Below are positions 63,301 to 64,000 of a DNA stretch of 64,000 bases, one piece after another. The notes under the pieces were generated by a model. That model saw nothing but the letters and a program-made list of their open reading frames with translations, ran no database searches and had not been told where the DNA came from. The position numbers were made by a program, and so were the translations under genes. The DNA comes from Cenococcum geophilum (taxonomy: Eukaryota): positions 2,666,001-2,730,000 of the forward strand of contig CP158635.1 of NCBI GenBank assembly GCA_050273025.1, given 5' to 3'. Numbering within the stretch: position 1 is the first letter of the stretch; each line of letters begins with the position of its first letter.

Positions 63301-64000
63301 CAATCTTCTGCAAGCTTTACAGTATTAAGTAATTACTCTATACGGCGGATTTTATTAAAAAGGTCCTTAGTGGTTTTTATTTATTAGGCGAGGTTCTATT
63401 AAAAGAGCTCTGCTTATAGGTAGGCTAGGAGATATAAGAACTAAAAGTTTACCTATTATTTAGGATTAATAAAAGGGGTATATAAGAAGAGGTCCTCTAA
63501 GCTATATATATAGGCTAGGAAGACGTTAAACCTCTAGTTCTCCTTTATAATAGCCGTATAGTATATTATAGCGTTATTAAAGCATCTTACTATAGGGTCT
63601 CTAATCTAGTCTTAGACTATAGTCTTAAACTTATCCTATAGTAAAGGACCCTTATCCTTAATACCTAACTAGCAATAAACTAGTTAGGCAATTATCTTTT
63701 TTTTATAAGAGCTTTAATGGCCTAGCGCGTGCGTCGCTTATAGTTATAGTTAGCGTTATTAACCTTAAATTAGTTCTTAACTACAGCAATCTACCGGTTA
63801 AAATGCTATTAAGTAGTACCGCTAATATTGGGTAGTGACTTCTTAACTAGGGCGTTAAGATTTGTTTAGTATATGCGTTTGCTACGTAACTTATACTCTT
63901 TACTAAAGAGGCGATAGAAGGGCTTTATTAAATTAATAATACTCTATAAGTTGGCTATTTTCTTAGCCAGCTTATCTAGCTCCTTTATATTAGCGGTATT
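60336..64000 (-). mobile_element. Ty3/Gypsy LTR retrotransposon F (gag part, protease, RT, RNase H); integrase and 3' LTR missing
   Basis: Minus strand YLD(D)ILIY (~61582-61605), MPFGLTNAPTTFQ-like (~61658-61696), THDKELL-like (~60945-60965), NPADALSRRPDY-like (~60720-60756). Continues beyond the window. Confidence 0.88.

Noticed and set aside
7930..64000. Right-hand boundary of the putative Starship
   Set aside because: No supportable terminal motif or target duplication can be identified without the left end or an empty allele.

Overview
Fungal (ascomycete-type) repeat-rich region. It is AT-rich, with a pervasive TpA excess and CpA/TpG loss typical of repeat-induced point mutation (RIP), so most ORFs in the supplied track are spurious. 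Reading through RIP stops shows a deeply nested set of dead transposons. LTR elements: five Ty3/Gypsy, one complete Ty1/Copia plus a Copia gag fragment, a non-autonomous LTR element and solo LTRs. Other elements: a Helitron RepHel, a hAT, an ORF1-only LINE and three different MITEs. There are also two copies, one inside the other, of a ~6 kb two-gene, intron-rich Mutator-like element. At ~6373-7432 lies the RIP-destroyed 3' half of a DUF3435-type tyrosine recombinase (Starship 'captain'-like). It is followed by a small, largely un-RIPed island with a few hypothetical genes (~8.1-9.45 kb and 14.8-18.55 kb). Smaller items are a 72-bp insert resembling a mitochondrial tRNA fragment inside an RT gene and a hairpin/CCAAT module shared by the 3' UTRs of three different Gypsy elements. 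All protein assignments come from manual translation with RIP changes mentally reverted; no database search was run.
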